Positions 19,196-29,603 of a stretch of 64,000 nt of DNA are shown in pieces (within the stretch, counting starts at the first letter, position 1; each line of letters starts with the position of its first letter). The position numbers were made by a program, and so were the translations under genes. The notes beneath the pieces were generated by a model. It had not been told where the DNA came from and did not search any database. It saw nothing but the letters and a program-made list of their open reading frames with translations. The stretch comes from Candidatus Nomurabacteria bacterium (lineage in GTDB: Bacteria; Patescibacteriota; Dojkabacteria; SC72; JAHDCA01), in assembly GCA_020632395.1 (NCBI GenBank), contig JACKFQ010000001.1, positions 226,009 through 290,008 of the forward strand, in the 5' to 3' direction.

Positions 19196-21682
19196 ATGAG
19201 GAAATTAACCGTACTTTTTTTCACAATCATTCTGTTATCGAGCTTTTCTTCACCTATCTTTTCACAAAATGATGAGGATAGTGCAGGATTACAAGAATTA
19301 CTACTACTACTGATCCCTGAAGAAACAGATAATCCCAACTATGCACTTACTTTCACAGATCCCACTGATAAGGGTGTTTTCTTGAGTATAGATGGTGCAG
19401 AGGAGAAGGAGATCAGATCACCATACGAATTACCTTCGCTTGGTATAGGAGATCATACGCTCAGAGTTCGTTTCACCGATGATACAGATACAGAAAGAAC
19501 CTATGAGGATACTATAGTGATCCTCCCTCGACCGCCTCAGATCGACACACCAACGGTTGAGGACAATGCTCTGATCGTCACTGGTACCGGTTTACCTGCT
19601 TCGAAATTAAATCTATTTGTATCAGGTGCAGACAGATCTTTTAGAGAATCAGTAAAGGTAACTGATCAAGGAGATTGGGAAGCAACGATAGAGGGAGATT
19701 TCTCAACAGGCATCTACAATGCAGTCGGTTATGTTTCCAAAAATGGTTACGGTAGCGACCTGTCCGAACCGGTTACCTTTTCATTGGAAACATCTATCAC
19801 AGAAGAAAAAGTCGATGAGCCAACCACACCGATCTTCTTTAGTTTTTCGTCGATCACAACGAGCAATATCAAGGATGTTCTTTTGGAGAACCGAGATCTG
19901 ATGATAGTAGGTGGGGGGATCTTTCTGATCGCACTTATCCTAGGAGTACTTCTATCTCGAATTATCTTCTTTAGAAGTGAGAGGAAGATAGAGAGTACAT
20001 TTAAAGCCGTCCTACAAGGAAAGAAGAGGGAGCCTATCAAAGATATCTTAAAGCTCGACAAAGAACACAAAGAAGACTCTGATAATGAAAAAGCAGAAGC
20101 GACTGCACAACAAGCCCCAGATCAACAATCAGACGAAGAAGCAGATGTAGATACTTCCGAAACGAAAGCCTCAGACGATGGAGATCAGGGATCCGACGAT
20201 AATGACGACACATCAGACAATGATCCAGACAAAGACGAGACATCAGATGCATCCACAGATGGATCCTCAGAAGACAGATCTAGCGGATCTGACACAACCA
20301 CAGCAGATGAGGCCATATCAGACGAAGATGATACAACCGACCAAACTGTAGACAAACCGTCTGAAACGGCAGAGGACACTCTCTCAGATCCATCATCTAC
20401 AGATGATGGGACAGATGAAAACTCAACACAGGATGGCTCATCTGAGGACCCTACACTTACAAATTCGGAGGCTTCAAACCCAGACCCTGCTACAGCTTCA
20501 ACTACCCCAGCAAGCAATGAAAAAGAGGAAGAGGGACAGAAAGAGGCAGATAAAAAGCCCTCTTTCCTTGATAAATTAAAAAGTATGACCTTAATAGGTA
20601 AGAAGAAAACCAATAATGCAAATGATCCACAAGTAATACCGGTACCATCAGAAACAACACGAGAAGGAGAGGAGGGCGGATTAGGGGATATCTCAGAACC
20701 TGATGACCCTGGAGGGATCACAGGATTACCTGAAGACTTACAAGAACCTGCTAGTAGTAAACCTACAGTAAAGGTATCCAAAAGTGCCGGACTGGATCCA
20801 TATGAAGATGTAGAACCCGCAGGAGATGAGATCCCTGTCTATGAAACAGAAGTCGAGACTCAAGCTTCTGAAGCCTCCGGTGATGGGTCTGAAGACACTT
20901 CTGAGGTAAATGAAACAGAAAGCGACCAGAATGATACCAATGATGAGCCTGTATCAGCTGATAGTGATGCTGAGATCGACTCGGATACAGATCCAAGCAC
21001 AGAAAACGATAGCCCGGATACAGTAAAAGAGGTTTCTGCTGAAGAATTCCTTGAGAAATTCAAAACCGCAGACCCAGATCCCGATGGTCTTGACCAAGTG
21101 GTTCCAGCAGATGAAACTTCCGGATCAGATAATGTACAGATGTCTCCAACTGAAGGTGAGGGCTCAGAAGATGAGGATACTCAACTATCTACTGGTGATG
21201 GATCAGAAGATCACGGAAACGATGAAACAGCTGCACAAACTCAAGAAGCTAGACCTAGTATGACAGAGAAGTTAGGTGCAGTAGGGATATATACTCCTGA
21301 AGAGGAAACTGAAAAGAAGCCTAAAAAGCAAGTGATCAAAGAGGAGGAGGAAGAAGATGTACCAAGAAAAACCGGTACAAAGAAAAAAGCCAAAAAGAAA
21401 ACATCCTCCAGATCAAAAACCTCCACAAAAAAAAGTAGATCTACCAAGAAGAGTAAGACCACTCGTTCAACGGCAAAAAAAAACGAAAAAAGTGAAGTAA
21501 AAGAATACGAGAGTAAGAATAGGTTCCAAGAGGTCAAAGATCTGAAAACAAAGCCACTTGGTAGGATAAAGCGTATCACTCCGACAACACCAACCAAAAA
21601 GAAAACTTCTAAAGGGAGCGCCACCCCTAAGACCAAGAAGAAGAGAAACATTACGATCAGCCTAACGAGCAAGAAAAAATAA
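19196..21682 (+). CDS. large secreted/membrane-anchored low-complexity protein: signal peptide, one internal TM, long D/E/S/T-rich acidic region, K/T/S-rich basic C-terminal tail
   Basis: Signal-like N-terminus MRKLTVLFFTIILLSSFSSPIFS. TM region LMIVGGGIFLIALILGVLL. Extreme compositional bias thereafter. Confidence 0.6.
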   Translation: MRKLTVLFFTIILLSSFSSPIFSQNDEDSAGLQELLLLLIPEETDNPNYALTFTDPTDKGVFLSIDGAEEKEIRSPYELPSLGIGDHTLRVRFTDDTDTERTYEDTIVILPRPPQIDTPTVEDNALIVTGTGLPASKLNLFVSGADRSFRESVKVTDQGDWEATIEGDFSTGIYNAVGYVSKNGYGSDLSEPVTFSLETSITEEKVDEPTTPIFFSFSSITTSNIKDVLLENRDLMIVGGGIFLIALILGVLLSRIIFFRSERKIESTFKAVLQGKKREPIKDILKLDKEHKEDSDNEKAEATAQQAPDQQSDEEADVDTSETKASDDGDQGSDDNDDTSDNDPDKDETSDASTDGSSEDRSSGSDTTTADEAISDEDDTTDQTVDKPSETAEDTLSDPSSTDDGTDENSTQDGSSEDPTLTNSEASNPDPATASTTPASNEKEEEGQKEADKKPSFLDKLKSMTLIGKKKTNNANDPQVIPVPSETTREGEEGGLGDISEPDDPGGITGLPEDLQEPASSKPTVKVSKSAGLDPYEDVEPAGDEIPVYETEVETQASEASGDGSEDTSEVNETESDQNDTNDEPVSADSDAEIDSDTDPSTENDSPDTVKEVSAEEFLEKFKTADPDPDGLDQVVPADETSGSDNVQMSPTEGEGSEDEDTQLSTGDGSEDHGNDETAAQTQEARPSMTEKLGAVGIYTPEEETEKKPKKQVIKEEEEEDVPRKTGTKKKAKKKTSSRSKTSTKKSRSTKKSKTTRSTAKKNEKSEVKEYESKNRFQEVKDLKTKPLGRIKRITPTTPTKKKTSKGSATPKTKKKRNITISLTSKKK

Positions 21683-21842
21683 GCTTCTTTTCTGTTCCTA
21701 TAAAATATTTTTCCTATTATCAGTATTGTTCTTGCGTATCTAGGATCTGTGATGAAGCCGCTCTCGCGACCTTACGGTCGGGAATTTATGTCCGAGGAGT
21801 AAAATTTCTGGAACTTGTGGGATCTGCTTCGTGGAAAAGGTT

Positions 21843-23525
21843 CTACTCAGAGAATTTCCATTCAACTATGTTTGCATAACGCTTATAAGGGAAGTCTGCA
21901 TCATTCAGATCGACGCCAGTTACGCGCTGATGGATAATATATGTGTATGAGGGTTCATAAAGCACTAATGCCGGTATTTCATTTGTAATAAATCTGTATA
22001 TCTGTCGATAATCCTCACTCCTAACAGCTCGATCGCTTTCTAATCGAGCCCTTTCCAGTAATACATCTACACGATTGTACTCATATCCGGCAATATTGAG
22101 ATCAGGATAGTTCTTCTTTGTAGAATGCCACAAGTTATATTGATCGGGATCAGCAGTTATTTCGAGTTCGATCAGGAGCAACTCAAAATTTCGTGTAGCT
22201 AATACTTCATTTATCAGGGAATCATACCCAACCCCAGTACTTATTATTGTCACTCCAACCTTCTTTAACATTTCCGTTATCATTTCTGCGATCATGCGAT
22301 TTGTATCATTATCCAGATACACAATACTTAGTGTCAGAGGTTCACCGTCTGAATTTTGATACAAACCTGTTTCTTCATCCAACACATATCCTCCTGCAAC
22401 AAGTTGTTCTGCAGATTTTTCAGTAGAATAAGGGTAAGGATTCTCAGTAGATTTATAGGCCCATGAATCCTCACTCAATGGAGTATCTGAGACCTTATAC
22501 GCTTCTGGGATATTCTCAACGATCTGCTCCCTATCTATCGCCTCCACAATCGCTGTACGCAATTCCAAACTTTGTAATTTACTATTTCTTAGATTGAAAT
22601 ATAGCATCTTCTTGCGTTGATCAATGGGTATAGTATTTATTTTGAATTTTGGATACTGTCCTCCTAATGATGAGCGAAAATCATCTACATTCGATACTGC
22701 ATCAAGCAGATTGTTTTTAAACGCTGTCAAAAGAGACTTTTCATCTGTAAAGTAGATCAACCTTAGATCCTTGATATTTGGTTTCAAAGGATACATTTCC
22801 CAACTACTGAGATCTATCGTGTCTGAATGCAATGATCGGATAAAATACGGTCCAGATCCGATCGGCAATGTGGCTCTCCCAAGATCATACATATCACGAT
22901 CATTCACATTACTTATGATATGTTCAGGAAGTATGAACACGGATAAAGACTCATACACAGAACTGACTATCTCCTCAAAGTGTATGACTATCGAATGATC
23001 GCTTTCAGAGGTGACATCTACACCTGATAGACCGAAACCAAACGTGTCCTGACCTTGATCAGATAGTTTTATCGCTTTTTTAATGGTATATTCAACATCC
23101 TGAGCTGTCACTTCCTCACCATCATGCCAATACATATCTTCACGAAGCAAGAACCGTATACCCCTACCATCTTCTGTAAGATCCCACTCATAGGCTAATG
23201 CTGGCAAGGGTTCTCCTTGGTCATCTATCTCGATCAAACGGGTATAAACGAGTTCGAAGAGAGCTCTATCTATATCGCTACCAGTTACAAACATAGGGTT
23301 GAAAGTAGAGATAGACCCAACCATACCCTCGGTGAATACATCTGATCGCTGTTTACTCATCACTGAAAAGAAAAATGGGCTTGAGAATTGAGAAACCAAG
23401 AGGATAGAGATCAGACCAGACAAAATGATAAATCCCAAGGGTCTAGTCTTGATATGTAATAACCTAAGTTTGTCCGGATATGACCAGAAGAACTCTCGTA
23501 AAGTTGAAAATATTTGAGACTTCAT
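21843..23525 (-). CDS. ABC transporter substrate-binding protein, family 5 (oligopeptide/nickel type)
   Basis: N-terminal TM/signal anchor; size and motifs resemble SBP_bac_5 (region DGRGIRFLLREDMYWHDGEEVTAQDV). Confidence 0.7.
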   Translation of the reverse strand: MKSQIFSTLREFFWSYPDKLRLLHIKTRPLGFIILSGLISILLVSQFSSPFFFSVMSKQRSDVFTEGMVGSISTFNPMFVTGSDIDRALFELVYTRLIEIDDQGEPLPALAYEWDLTEDGRGIRFLLREDMYWHDGEEVTAQDVEYTIKKAIKLSDQGQDTFGFGLSGVDVTSESDHSIVIHFEEIVSSVYESLSVFILPEHIISNVNDRDMYDLGRATLPIGSGPYFIRSLHSDTIDLSSWEMYPLKPNIKDLRLIYFTDEKSLLTAFKNNLLDAVSNVDDFRSSLGGQYPKFKINTIPIDQRKKMLYFNLRNSKLQSLELRTAIVEAIDREQIVENIPEAYKVSDTPLSEDSWAYKSTENPYPYSTEKSAEQLVAGGYVLDEETGLYQNSDGEPLTLSIVYLDNDTNRMIAEMITEMLKKVGVTIISTGVGYDSLINEVLATRNFELLLIELEITADPDQYNLWHSTKKNYPDLNIAGYEYNRVDVLLERARLESDRAVRSEDYRQIYRFITNEIPALVLYEPSYTYIIHQRVTGVDLNDADFPYKRYANIVEWKFSE

Positions 23526-23540
23526 TATTTGAGTAATGAA

Positions 23541-23786
23541 TTATTGACCAAATTTTACTATGAGGAATGATAGAACAGCAAAAACAACGCCTAATATAAT
23601 GGTTGTGTAGTACATGAATCTCTCCAATCCACGCTTAGTTCTAAAGGTTTCTCCACCTCCACCTCCGAACATTCCACTTAAACCTTCATCTCCACTCTGA
23701 AGAAGTATACTGATAACAAGTCCTATAACAACAATAACCTCAGAGATCATTAAAACTTGTGATACTGTATCCATTTTTGGAACCAA
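23541..23786 (-). CDS. secG: preprotein translocase subunit SecG
   Basis: 81 aa, two TM helices, LLQSGDEGLSGMFGGGGG...RG..E..L pattern. Confidence 0.75.
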   Translation of the reverse strand: MVPKMDTVSQVLMISEVIVVIGLVISILLQSGDEGLSGMFGGGGGETFRTKRGLERFMYYTTIILGVVFAVLSFLIVKFGQ

Positions 23787-23794
23787 TATTTATA

Positions 23795-24202
23795 TTAATC
23801 TTTCAGCTTAAGGAACAGCATATACATAAGCGCACTCAAAGCTGAGAACGTGCCGATTGTAGCATATTTTGACATTCCAATGGGGTTGATCGTAATAACT
23901 GTAAGATCTACCTCAGAAAAGTTCAACTCCTTTATCGAAAACCCTGGTAAACTAAGCTCCATTAGATATAAAAACCCCGCAGAAAGTAAACACATCACAA
24001 CAACCCTTGGAAGAAATGCCTTATCTATAGCAAAAAAGGTCAGGATATTCTCATGAAGTATCAATGCGATCGCATGACCGATAATTAGGGCTGAAAGATA
24101 CAATTTATCACTTGGTATCGACATACCACCAAAAAACATAAAGATCACCGGTAAAAAGGTCGCTGAGATAAGGAGTTTGTAGAGTGTTTTCTTAAGATCC
24201 AT
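23795..24202 (-). CDS. hypothetical small membrane protein
   Basis: 135 aa, 4 predicted TM segments. Confidence 0.4.
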   Translation of the reverse strand: MDLKKTLYKLLISATFLPVIFMFFGGMSIPSDKLYLSALIIGHAIALILHENILTFFAIDKAFLPRVVVMCLLSAGFLYLMELSLPGFSIKELNFSEVDLTVITINPIGMSKYATIGTFSALSALMYMLFLKLKD

Positions 24203-24274
24203 TAAATGTACTGCTAATTCCCTGATATAGTGTTAACTTGCGAATATCACCTAGTTAAAATATACTAAATAGAA

Positions 24275-25717
24275 TTGGATATATCAATTCTATCAACACT
24301 GCCCATGACAAAACATCCATTAACAAAGATAATTGCAACGATAGGTCCAGCTTCATGGGATGATGAAGTGTTGCTTGATATGATACGAGAAGGATTGGTA
24401 GTTGCAAGGATAAATGCATCTTTTGCTGATTTTGAGGAGTTAGATCGTGTTTCCACCCAATTACGTCGACTCTCTCCTAGAACTGCTATCATGCTGGATA
24501 CCAAGGGTCATAAGATCCGTGTCACAGGCTTTGAAAAAGAGATCACTCTAGAAACCGGCCAACAGATCTCTCTGATACCCTCCGAATCCCGCACAAGAAA
24601 AGATTATATTAAGATCACATATCAATCATTACATAAAGATATTGTCAGAGGTACAAAGATACTGATCGACGATGGTAACATAGTACTCATAGCTAGGGAC
24701 ATAGATGGAGATAAGGTCGTATGTGAGATCCTTGCTGGAGGGATACTAAAAACTAGAAAGACTGTTAATGTACCCGGAGTCCACCTGAATTTCCCCAAAT
24801 TGAGCCAGAAAGATCAAGACGATATAAGATTTGCAGTCGAAAACAAATTCGATCTAATTTCTGCATCATTTATTCGCAATACTGAAGATGTCCAGTTGGT
24901 AAGAGAGATAATGAAAGATTCGGATGCAAAACTCATAGCCAAGATCGAAGATGTCGAAGGTGTCGAGAATTTCGATTCCATCCTGGAGGTGGTTGATGCG
25001 ATCATGGTGGCCCGTGGTGACTTGGGGGTAGAATTACCTCCTGAAAAGATACCAATCTTACAGAAGCAATTCATCTACAAGTGTAGGATGAAAGGTAAAC
25101 CTGTCATAGTTGCAACACAAATGCTCGAATCAATGAGAGAGAATCTTCGTCCGACCAGAGCAGAGGTTAGTGATGTCGCAAATGCAATAATGGATGGAAC
25201 TGATGCTATCATGCTATCTGCTGAATCCTCTACGGGCAAACATCCAGTAGAATCTGTAAAAATGATGGCTACAATAGCTACTGAAGTAGAGCAGTATATG
25301 TCTCCCCAAGTTGTGACAGGTCAAACAGCCGCATCAGTAGAGACAGATACTCTCTGTAGACATGTAGATCAACTATCAAATGAATTGAAGATCGCAGGTG
25401 TGATAGTTATATCTCAAACAGGAAAGACTATCTCCTCACTTACGCGACATCGACTTAACATCCCGATCTGGAGTATTAGTAGCAATCCGATCCTCATACG
25501 ACAGCAACAATTATATCGTGGTGTGACAGGTTATTACATTCAAGATTTTAAAAAGAACAGGGATGACTTGATCCAACAAGCCATCGATATCGTTTTTGGA
25601 AATGGGCATCTTGAGTTAACAGATAAGGTGATCGTAATAAGTGGAAGCACAGTGGGGCGAAAGAAAACCAATACCATCCTTGAGATAGTGTCAGTTTCCG
25701 ATATTCTTGACCTCTAG
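24275..25717 (+). CDS. pyk: pyruvate kinase (true start probably at MTKHPL, ~24305)
   Basis: TKIIATIGPAS, MLDTKGHKIR, MVARGDLGVE signatures. Confidence 0.9.
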   Translation: MDISILSTLPMTKHPLTKIIATIGPASWDDEVLLDMIREGLVVARINASFADFEELDRVSTQLRRLSPRTAIMLDTKGHKIRVTGFEKEITLETGQQISLIPSESRTRKDYIKITYQSLHKDIVRGTKILIDDGNIVLIARDIDGDKVVCEILAGGILKTRKTVNVPGVHLNFPKLSQKDQDDIRFAVENKFDLISASFIRNTEDVQLVREIMKDSDAKLIAKIEDVEGVENFDSILEVVDAIMVARGDLGVELPPEKIPILQKQFIYKCRMKGKPVIVATQMLESMRENLRPTRAEVSDVANAIMDGTDAIMLSAESSTGKHPVESVKMMATIATEVEQYMSPQVVTGQTAASVETDTLCRHVDQLSNELKIAGVIVISQTGKTISSLTRHRLNIPIWSISSNPILIRQQQLYRGVTGYYIQDFKKNRDDLIQQAIDIVFGNGHLELTDKVIVISGSTVGRKKTNTILEIVSVSDILDL

Positions 25718-25753
25718 AACTATATTGATAATTTCATTATAATAGCCCGAAAG

Positions 25754-25830
25754 GGTGATGTAGCCAAGCTGGTTAAGGCAGGAGTCTGCAAAACTCCCAT
25801 GCGCGGGTTCGAATCCCGCCATCACCTCCA
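25754..25830 (+). tRNA. tRNA-Cys (GCA), CCA encoded, U73 discriminator
   Basis: Hand-folded cloverleaf: acceptor GGTGATG/CATCACC, anticodon loop CTGCAAA, T-loop GGTTCGAATCC. Confidence 0.85.
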
Positions 25831-25917
25831 ATATACTCTTTAGATCAGATCATTCTTACACGGAATTCCAAGAATTATTTGAATACTGGGTAAGTAATAG
25901 TAGAATGTAATGAATAT

Positions 25918-26001
25918 GCCGGGGTGGTGGAATAGGCAGACACGCGGGACTTAAAATCCCGTGCCAGCAATGGCGTGCGGGTTCAATTCCCGCCCTCGGC
26001 A
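25918..26001 (+). tRNA. tRNA-Leu (TAA), class II with long variable arm, CCA not encoded
   Basis: Acceptor GCCGGGG/CCTCGGC, anticodon loop CTTAAAA, variable arm TGCCAGCAATGGCGT, T-loop GGTTCAATTCC. Confidence 0.85.
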
Positions 26002-26055
26002 CATGATCTACACTCTCTGATAAACATTTACTCTGAAAACCGGCTTTTTGAGCCT

Positions 26056-26769
26056 TTAGGTTAAAGCATCAATGCACTCCCTATAATCACTTACCGTAAT
26101 ATCTGCCATATCCCATACAAAAGAATCATTCCAGCCAGGGTTATGTATCCCTACAGTGTAAAGACCCGCCGACTTAGCAGATCTAATGCCATTCTTCGAA
26201 TCCTCAAAAGCAATGATCTCATCTACCGGTAAGTGAAAATGGCTTATAACTGTATTGTATGGAAGTGGACTTGGCTTTGACTCCGGAACATCCCTAGCAG
26301 CAATTATGAACTCAAAATTATCGTACAATTTATAGTATTTCATCAGCTTCTCCATAAATTCCCTGGTTGATGCTGAAGCTATCGCCAAATGATAGCTTCT
26401 CTTCTTAAGGATCTGAAGGAAATCTTGAGCTCCTGGTACAACCCTGGAAAATGTCTCCGGAGGTTCTTGTAATGCTTGGCGTTTGTATTTGTGATATTCA
26501 GTACGCAATGTATCAAAATCAAATTCATCAACTCGGTCAGGAACAAGATGGCTCAATACATTTCGAAATCCCTCTCTTGCCTCTCTTCCTGCCATAGATT
26601 GACGATAGAATTCCAGATCAGGCTTCTTATGTACAAATTTCATAGTAACCTTACAGATACAGTAGAAATTCAATGACTCCAGGTTTACTAAGGTTCCATC
26701 AAAATCAAAAATACACAGTTTTGAACCGGATAATTTTTGCGTAAGTGGGTAGAGATGATCAGGGATCAT
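26056..26769 (-). CDS. HAD-superfamily hydrolase (beta-phosphoglucomutase/phosphatase-like)
   Basis: LCIFDFDGTLVN (DxDGT motif I) and a later FEDSKNG motif. Confidence 0.7.
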   Translation of the reverse strand: MIPDHLYPLTQKLSGSKLCIFDFDGTLVNLESLNFYCICKVTMKFVHKKPDLEFYRQSMAGREAREGFRNVLSHLVPDRVDEFDFDTLRTEYHKYKRQALQEPPETFSRVVPGAQDFLQILKKRSYHLAIASASTREFMEKLMKYYKLYDNFEFIIAARDVPESKPSPLPYNTVISHFHLPVDEIIAFEDSKNGIRSAKSAGLYTVGIHNPGWNDSFVWDMADITVSDYRECIDALT

Positions 26770-26774
26770 AGCGA

Positions 26775-27692
26775 TCAGTATGGATCATCAAAGTTATCAG
26801 GGTCATCATTTCCACAACGAGGACATTTTGTTAGTGGCTTTTGACCTTCATAAACATATTCGCATTTTAGACATTTCCATGAGTTCCACTTTACATCCAG
26901 ATCCTCGGGATACAATTTATCTGTGAGAATGTCGTCTGATATTGGATCCATAACCGAGGCGGATCGCTTATCTGTTGGTGTGGGTGGTGTGGAAGGTGTT
27001 GTACCTGGTGGTGTGGAGGATGTTGTATCTGGTGGTGTGGAGGGTGTTGTACCTGGTGGTGTGGAGGGTGTGGGAGCGTTTATTGTAGCTGTTGTAGGAT
27101 CTGTTATTGTAGTTGTCGTTGTAGGCACCGGAATTGAAGGATCAACGCTATATGTGGTTGTTGGATTTTGCTGATCGCTCAAGGGGATCTTAACTTGAGG
27201 TGCCGATCGTTCTACAAATGAGTTTGGCACTGCGGATGGTGATACTACGCCGGATCCCAAAGTAGTTGGTGTTTGATCTGTTTGACCTGGTACTTGACCA
27301 GTTACCTGTCCGACCGTTTGTCCGACCGTTTGTCCGTCCGCTTGTCCGAATAGTTGGGCTGATGGAGGTGTTTGAGTAGGGTTTGATGATTGAGAGGTTG
27401 GATCAGGCGTTGGGGTTGAGGTCAGAGTTGCAGGATTGATTGTAGTTGGTGAATTGTTAACATTTTGTAGACTCTGTAGGTTTTGTTGGTCAGTTGGTAT
27501 TTGTGCAGTATTCTGTGGTGGTTGTTGTGGAGTCTGGATAGCTGGATTGATATGGGGATCCTGAGTTGTTAGAGTCGGATCAGATGTCGTAGATGATGGA
27601 TCTGATGCCCCTACTGGGAGATCTTGACCTGGTGTTGATGGAGAGGTTGAATTCTGATCCGAATTTTGATTCATATCATTATTTGGGATCAA
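26775..27692 (-). CDS. proline/threonine-rich low-complexity protein with C-terminal zinc-ribbon (CxxC...CxxC)
   Basis: Tandem PPGTTPSTPP repeats from ~27-bp DNA repeats. C-terminal CLKCEYVYEGQKPLTKCPRCGN. Confidence 0.5.
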   Translation of the reverse strand: MIPNNDMNQNSDQNSTSPSTPGQDLPVGASDPSSTTSDPTLTTQDPHINPAIQTPQQPPQNTAQIPTDQQNLQSLQNVNNSPTTINPATLTSTPTPDPTSQSSNPTQTPPSAQLFGQADGQTVGQTVGQVTGQVPGQTDQTPTTLGSGVVSPSAVPNSFVERSAPQVKIPLSDQQNPTTTYSVDPSIPVPTTTTTITDPTTATINAPTPSTPPGTTPSTPPDTTSSTPPGTTPSTPPTPTDKRSASVMDPISDDILTDKLYPEDLDVKWNSWKCLKCEYVYEGQKPLTKCPRCGNDDPDNFDDPY

Positions 27693-28317
27693 GATAACCT
27701 CCTTTCTTGATCATAGATAAAAGTAGTTCCATTGTCTGCCCCTCATTTAGAGGAGAAGTATCAATGACAATATCATTATACTTTTCTGGCTTACTATAAT
27801 CAATTCCATATAGATCCTTATATCTGCTCTTATCTAAAAAATATCGGTCTCTCAACGATATCTCTGTATTTTTGTATATATTTGAGTATTTTGGTAAACG
27901 CATAGAAAGATCTATTCGCCCTTGTTTATGCAATGTTCTACGAACCCGAGTATGCAATGAAGCATTTAACCAGATCCTAACTGTACACGGGATCTGCATA
28001 TTTGTTGCTACAGCGGCAAATACCTTGCTATCTATAAGAACGTCATGCCATGAACTAGCTCTCAGCAATTTTGAATCTACTGCCTGGTCGATAACCTCTC
28101 TATTCTCCTGAAACTCCTTCGATATCAAAAAATCTCTTATATCAGTATACCCGTAATCCTCGGCATATTTTCGCAAAAAACTCCCTCCATACACATAATG
28201 CAACCCATAGTTCCTCGCTAGCATTTTCGCGATAGTCGATGACCCTGATCCACCTGGTCCTCCAACCACTATCAATAGACCCATGTCTCGTGGTCGCCTT
28301 AGTTGCAGTGCTGTCAT
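27679..28317 (-). CDS. P-loop nucleotide kinase, cytidylate kinase (Cmk)-like
   Basis: LIVVGGPGGSGSSTIAKMLARNYGLHYVYGGSFLR resembles the (d)CMP kinase P-loop and NMP-binding region. Confidence 0.55.
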   Translation of the reverse strand: MTALQLRRPRDMGLLIVVGGPGGSGSSTIAKMLARNYGLHYVYGGSFLRKYAEDYGYTDIRDFLISKEFQENREVIDQAVDSKLLRASSWHDVLIDSKVFAAVATNMQIPCTVRIWLNASLHTRVRRTLHKQGRIDLSMRLPKYSNIYKNTEISLRDRYFLDKSRYKDLYGIDYSKPEKYNDIVIDTSPLNEGQTMELLLSMIKKGGYLDPK

Positions 28318-28406
28318 TTAAAGAGTTATAGTAAGAAATGAATGTTAATTCAGTATGCCTGATATATACATAGTAACCTAATTAGCAACTTCAGTCGAAC
28401 TGTACA

Positions 28407-29603
28407 ATGCCCAAAACAATAAAGAAAAAAAATCAGAAAGCTAAAGCCCATTCCCCAAATCGCACACTAGTAACCTTCTTTTTCTTGATGCTTATTTTTG
28501 GAGCTATCATGATCTTTGATGCAAGTGTATATCAAGCTGATCAGCCACCATTCAATGACCCGTACCATTTTCTCAAACTTCATCTGTTCTTTCTAATTGT
28601 GGCAAGTCTACCAGCTACATTTATCTATTTGGTTGATTACAGAAAATTAACAAAATTTATCGTTCCTGTGTTTCTTCTCTCAATTTTCTTGTTATTTGTT
28701 GTTCTTTTTGCCCAGGACGTCAATGGCTCAAAGCGCTGGTTAAGATTAGGCTCAGATTATTTAGTGATCCAACCAGCTGAGATTATGAAACCTGTTTTCA
28801 TAATGTATCTTTCTACATGGTTGATAAAGGAACGAAAGAAATTCGACACCTTTTCCGAGGCTTTAAGAGTTGGGTTTGTTCAGAAATTGATAGGTTTTAT
28901 CGCAACTCTTAGTTTAGTGCTATTTCTGATCTTATTAGAACCAGATCTTGGAACTACACTGATCATTGGCTTCACAGCATTAGCGATCTTTCTTGCATCG
29001 GGTACTGATGTCGCTCATCTGGTAGGTTCTGCTGGTATCGCGGCAGTCATGGGTTTGATCGCGATCATCGCTGCCGTGATAGCACCATACCGCCTCAGCA
29101 GGGTACAAACATACCTCAAACTACTATTCTCAGGCGAAGTGATCGACCCACAAGGTGCTGGTTATCAGATACAGCAGATATTAATAGGTATCGGATCAGC
29201 CGGATTTTGGGGGAAAGGCTTTGGACAATCACGTCAACGTTTTGGTTACTTAGTTGAGAATACCGCGTTTACAGATTCAATATTTGCTGTCATATTAGAA
29301 GAACTGGGAATGTTTGGAGGGATCTTGTTCGTTGTGGCATGGATGATATTTCTGACAGCAGGATTACGAGTCGCACGGCAAGCACCTGATAGAGTAGGGA
29401 GGCTTATGGCAACAGGTCTAACTGTATGGCTATCAGCACAAGCTTTCTTTAATATGGGCGCAAATGTCGGATTGATACCTCTAACTGGTATACCACTACC
29501 ATTCTTTACATATGGAGGATCAAGTACAATAGCTGCCATATGCGGATTCGCTCTATTGCTTAATATCAGTAGATTTACAATCATTGAACAGAAAAAGACT
29601 TAA
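28407..29603 (+). CDS. ftsW: SEDS-family peptidoglycan glycosyltransferase FtsW/RodA
   Basis: ~10 TM protein; GSKRWLRLG and QPAE motifs; adjacent to murG. Confidence 0.85.
   Translation: MPKTIKKKNQKAKAHSPNRTLVTFFFLMLIFGAIMIFDASVYQADQPPFNDPYHFLKLHLFFLIVASLPATFIYLVDYRKLTKFIVPVFLLSIFLLFVVLFAQDVNGSKRWLRLGSDYLVIQPAEIMKPVFIMYLSTWLIKERKKFDTFSEALRVGFVQKLIGFIATLSLVLFLILLEPDLGTTLIIGFTALAIFLASGTDVAHLVGSAGIAAVMGLIAIIAAVIAPYRLSRVQTYLKLLFSGEVIDPQGAGYQIQQILIGIGSAGFWGKGFGQSRQRFGYLVENTAFTDSIFAVILEELGMFGGILFVVAWMIFLTAGLRVARQAPDRVGRLMATGLTVWLSAQAFFNMGANVGLIPLTGIPLPFFTYGGSSTIAAICGFALLLNISRFTIIEQKKT

Noticed and set aside
19719-21672. Multiple antisense and alternate-frame ORFs inside the acidic protein gene (19747-20070, 20185-20781, 20763-20996, 20860-21063, 21241-21672 etc.)
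   Set aside because: These are low-complexity shadow ORFs generated by GA/GAT-rich codon repeats; the long plus-strand frame is the coherent one.
21683-21842. Possible structured ncRNA in the 160-bp gap after the acidic protein gene
   Set aside because: Only weak, non-compensated stem potential (gccgctctcgcgaccttacggtcggg) and no recognisable family motif; insufficient evidence.
26923-27174. 83-aa G/V-rich ORF on the plus strand
   Set aside because: It is antisense to the PT-repeat gene, a shadow of the tandem repeats.
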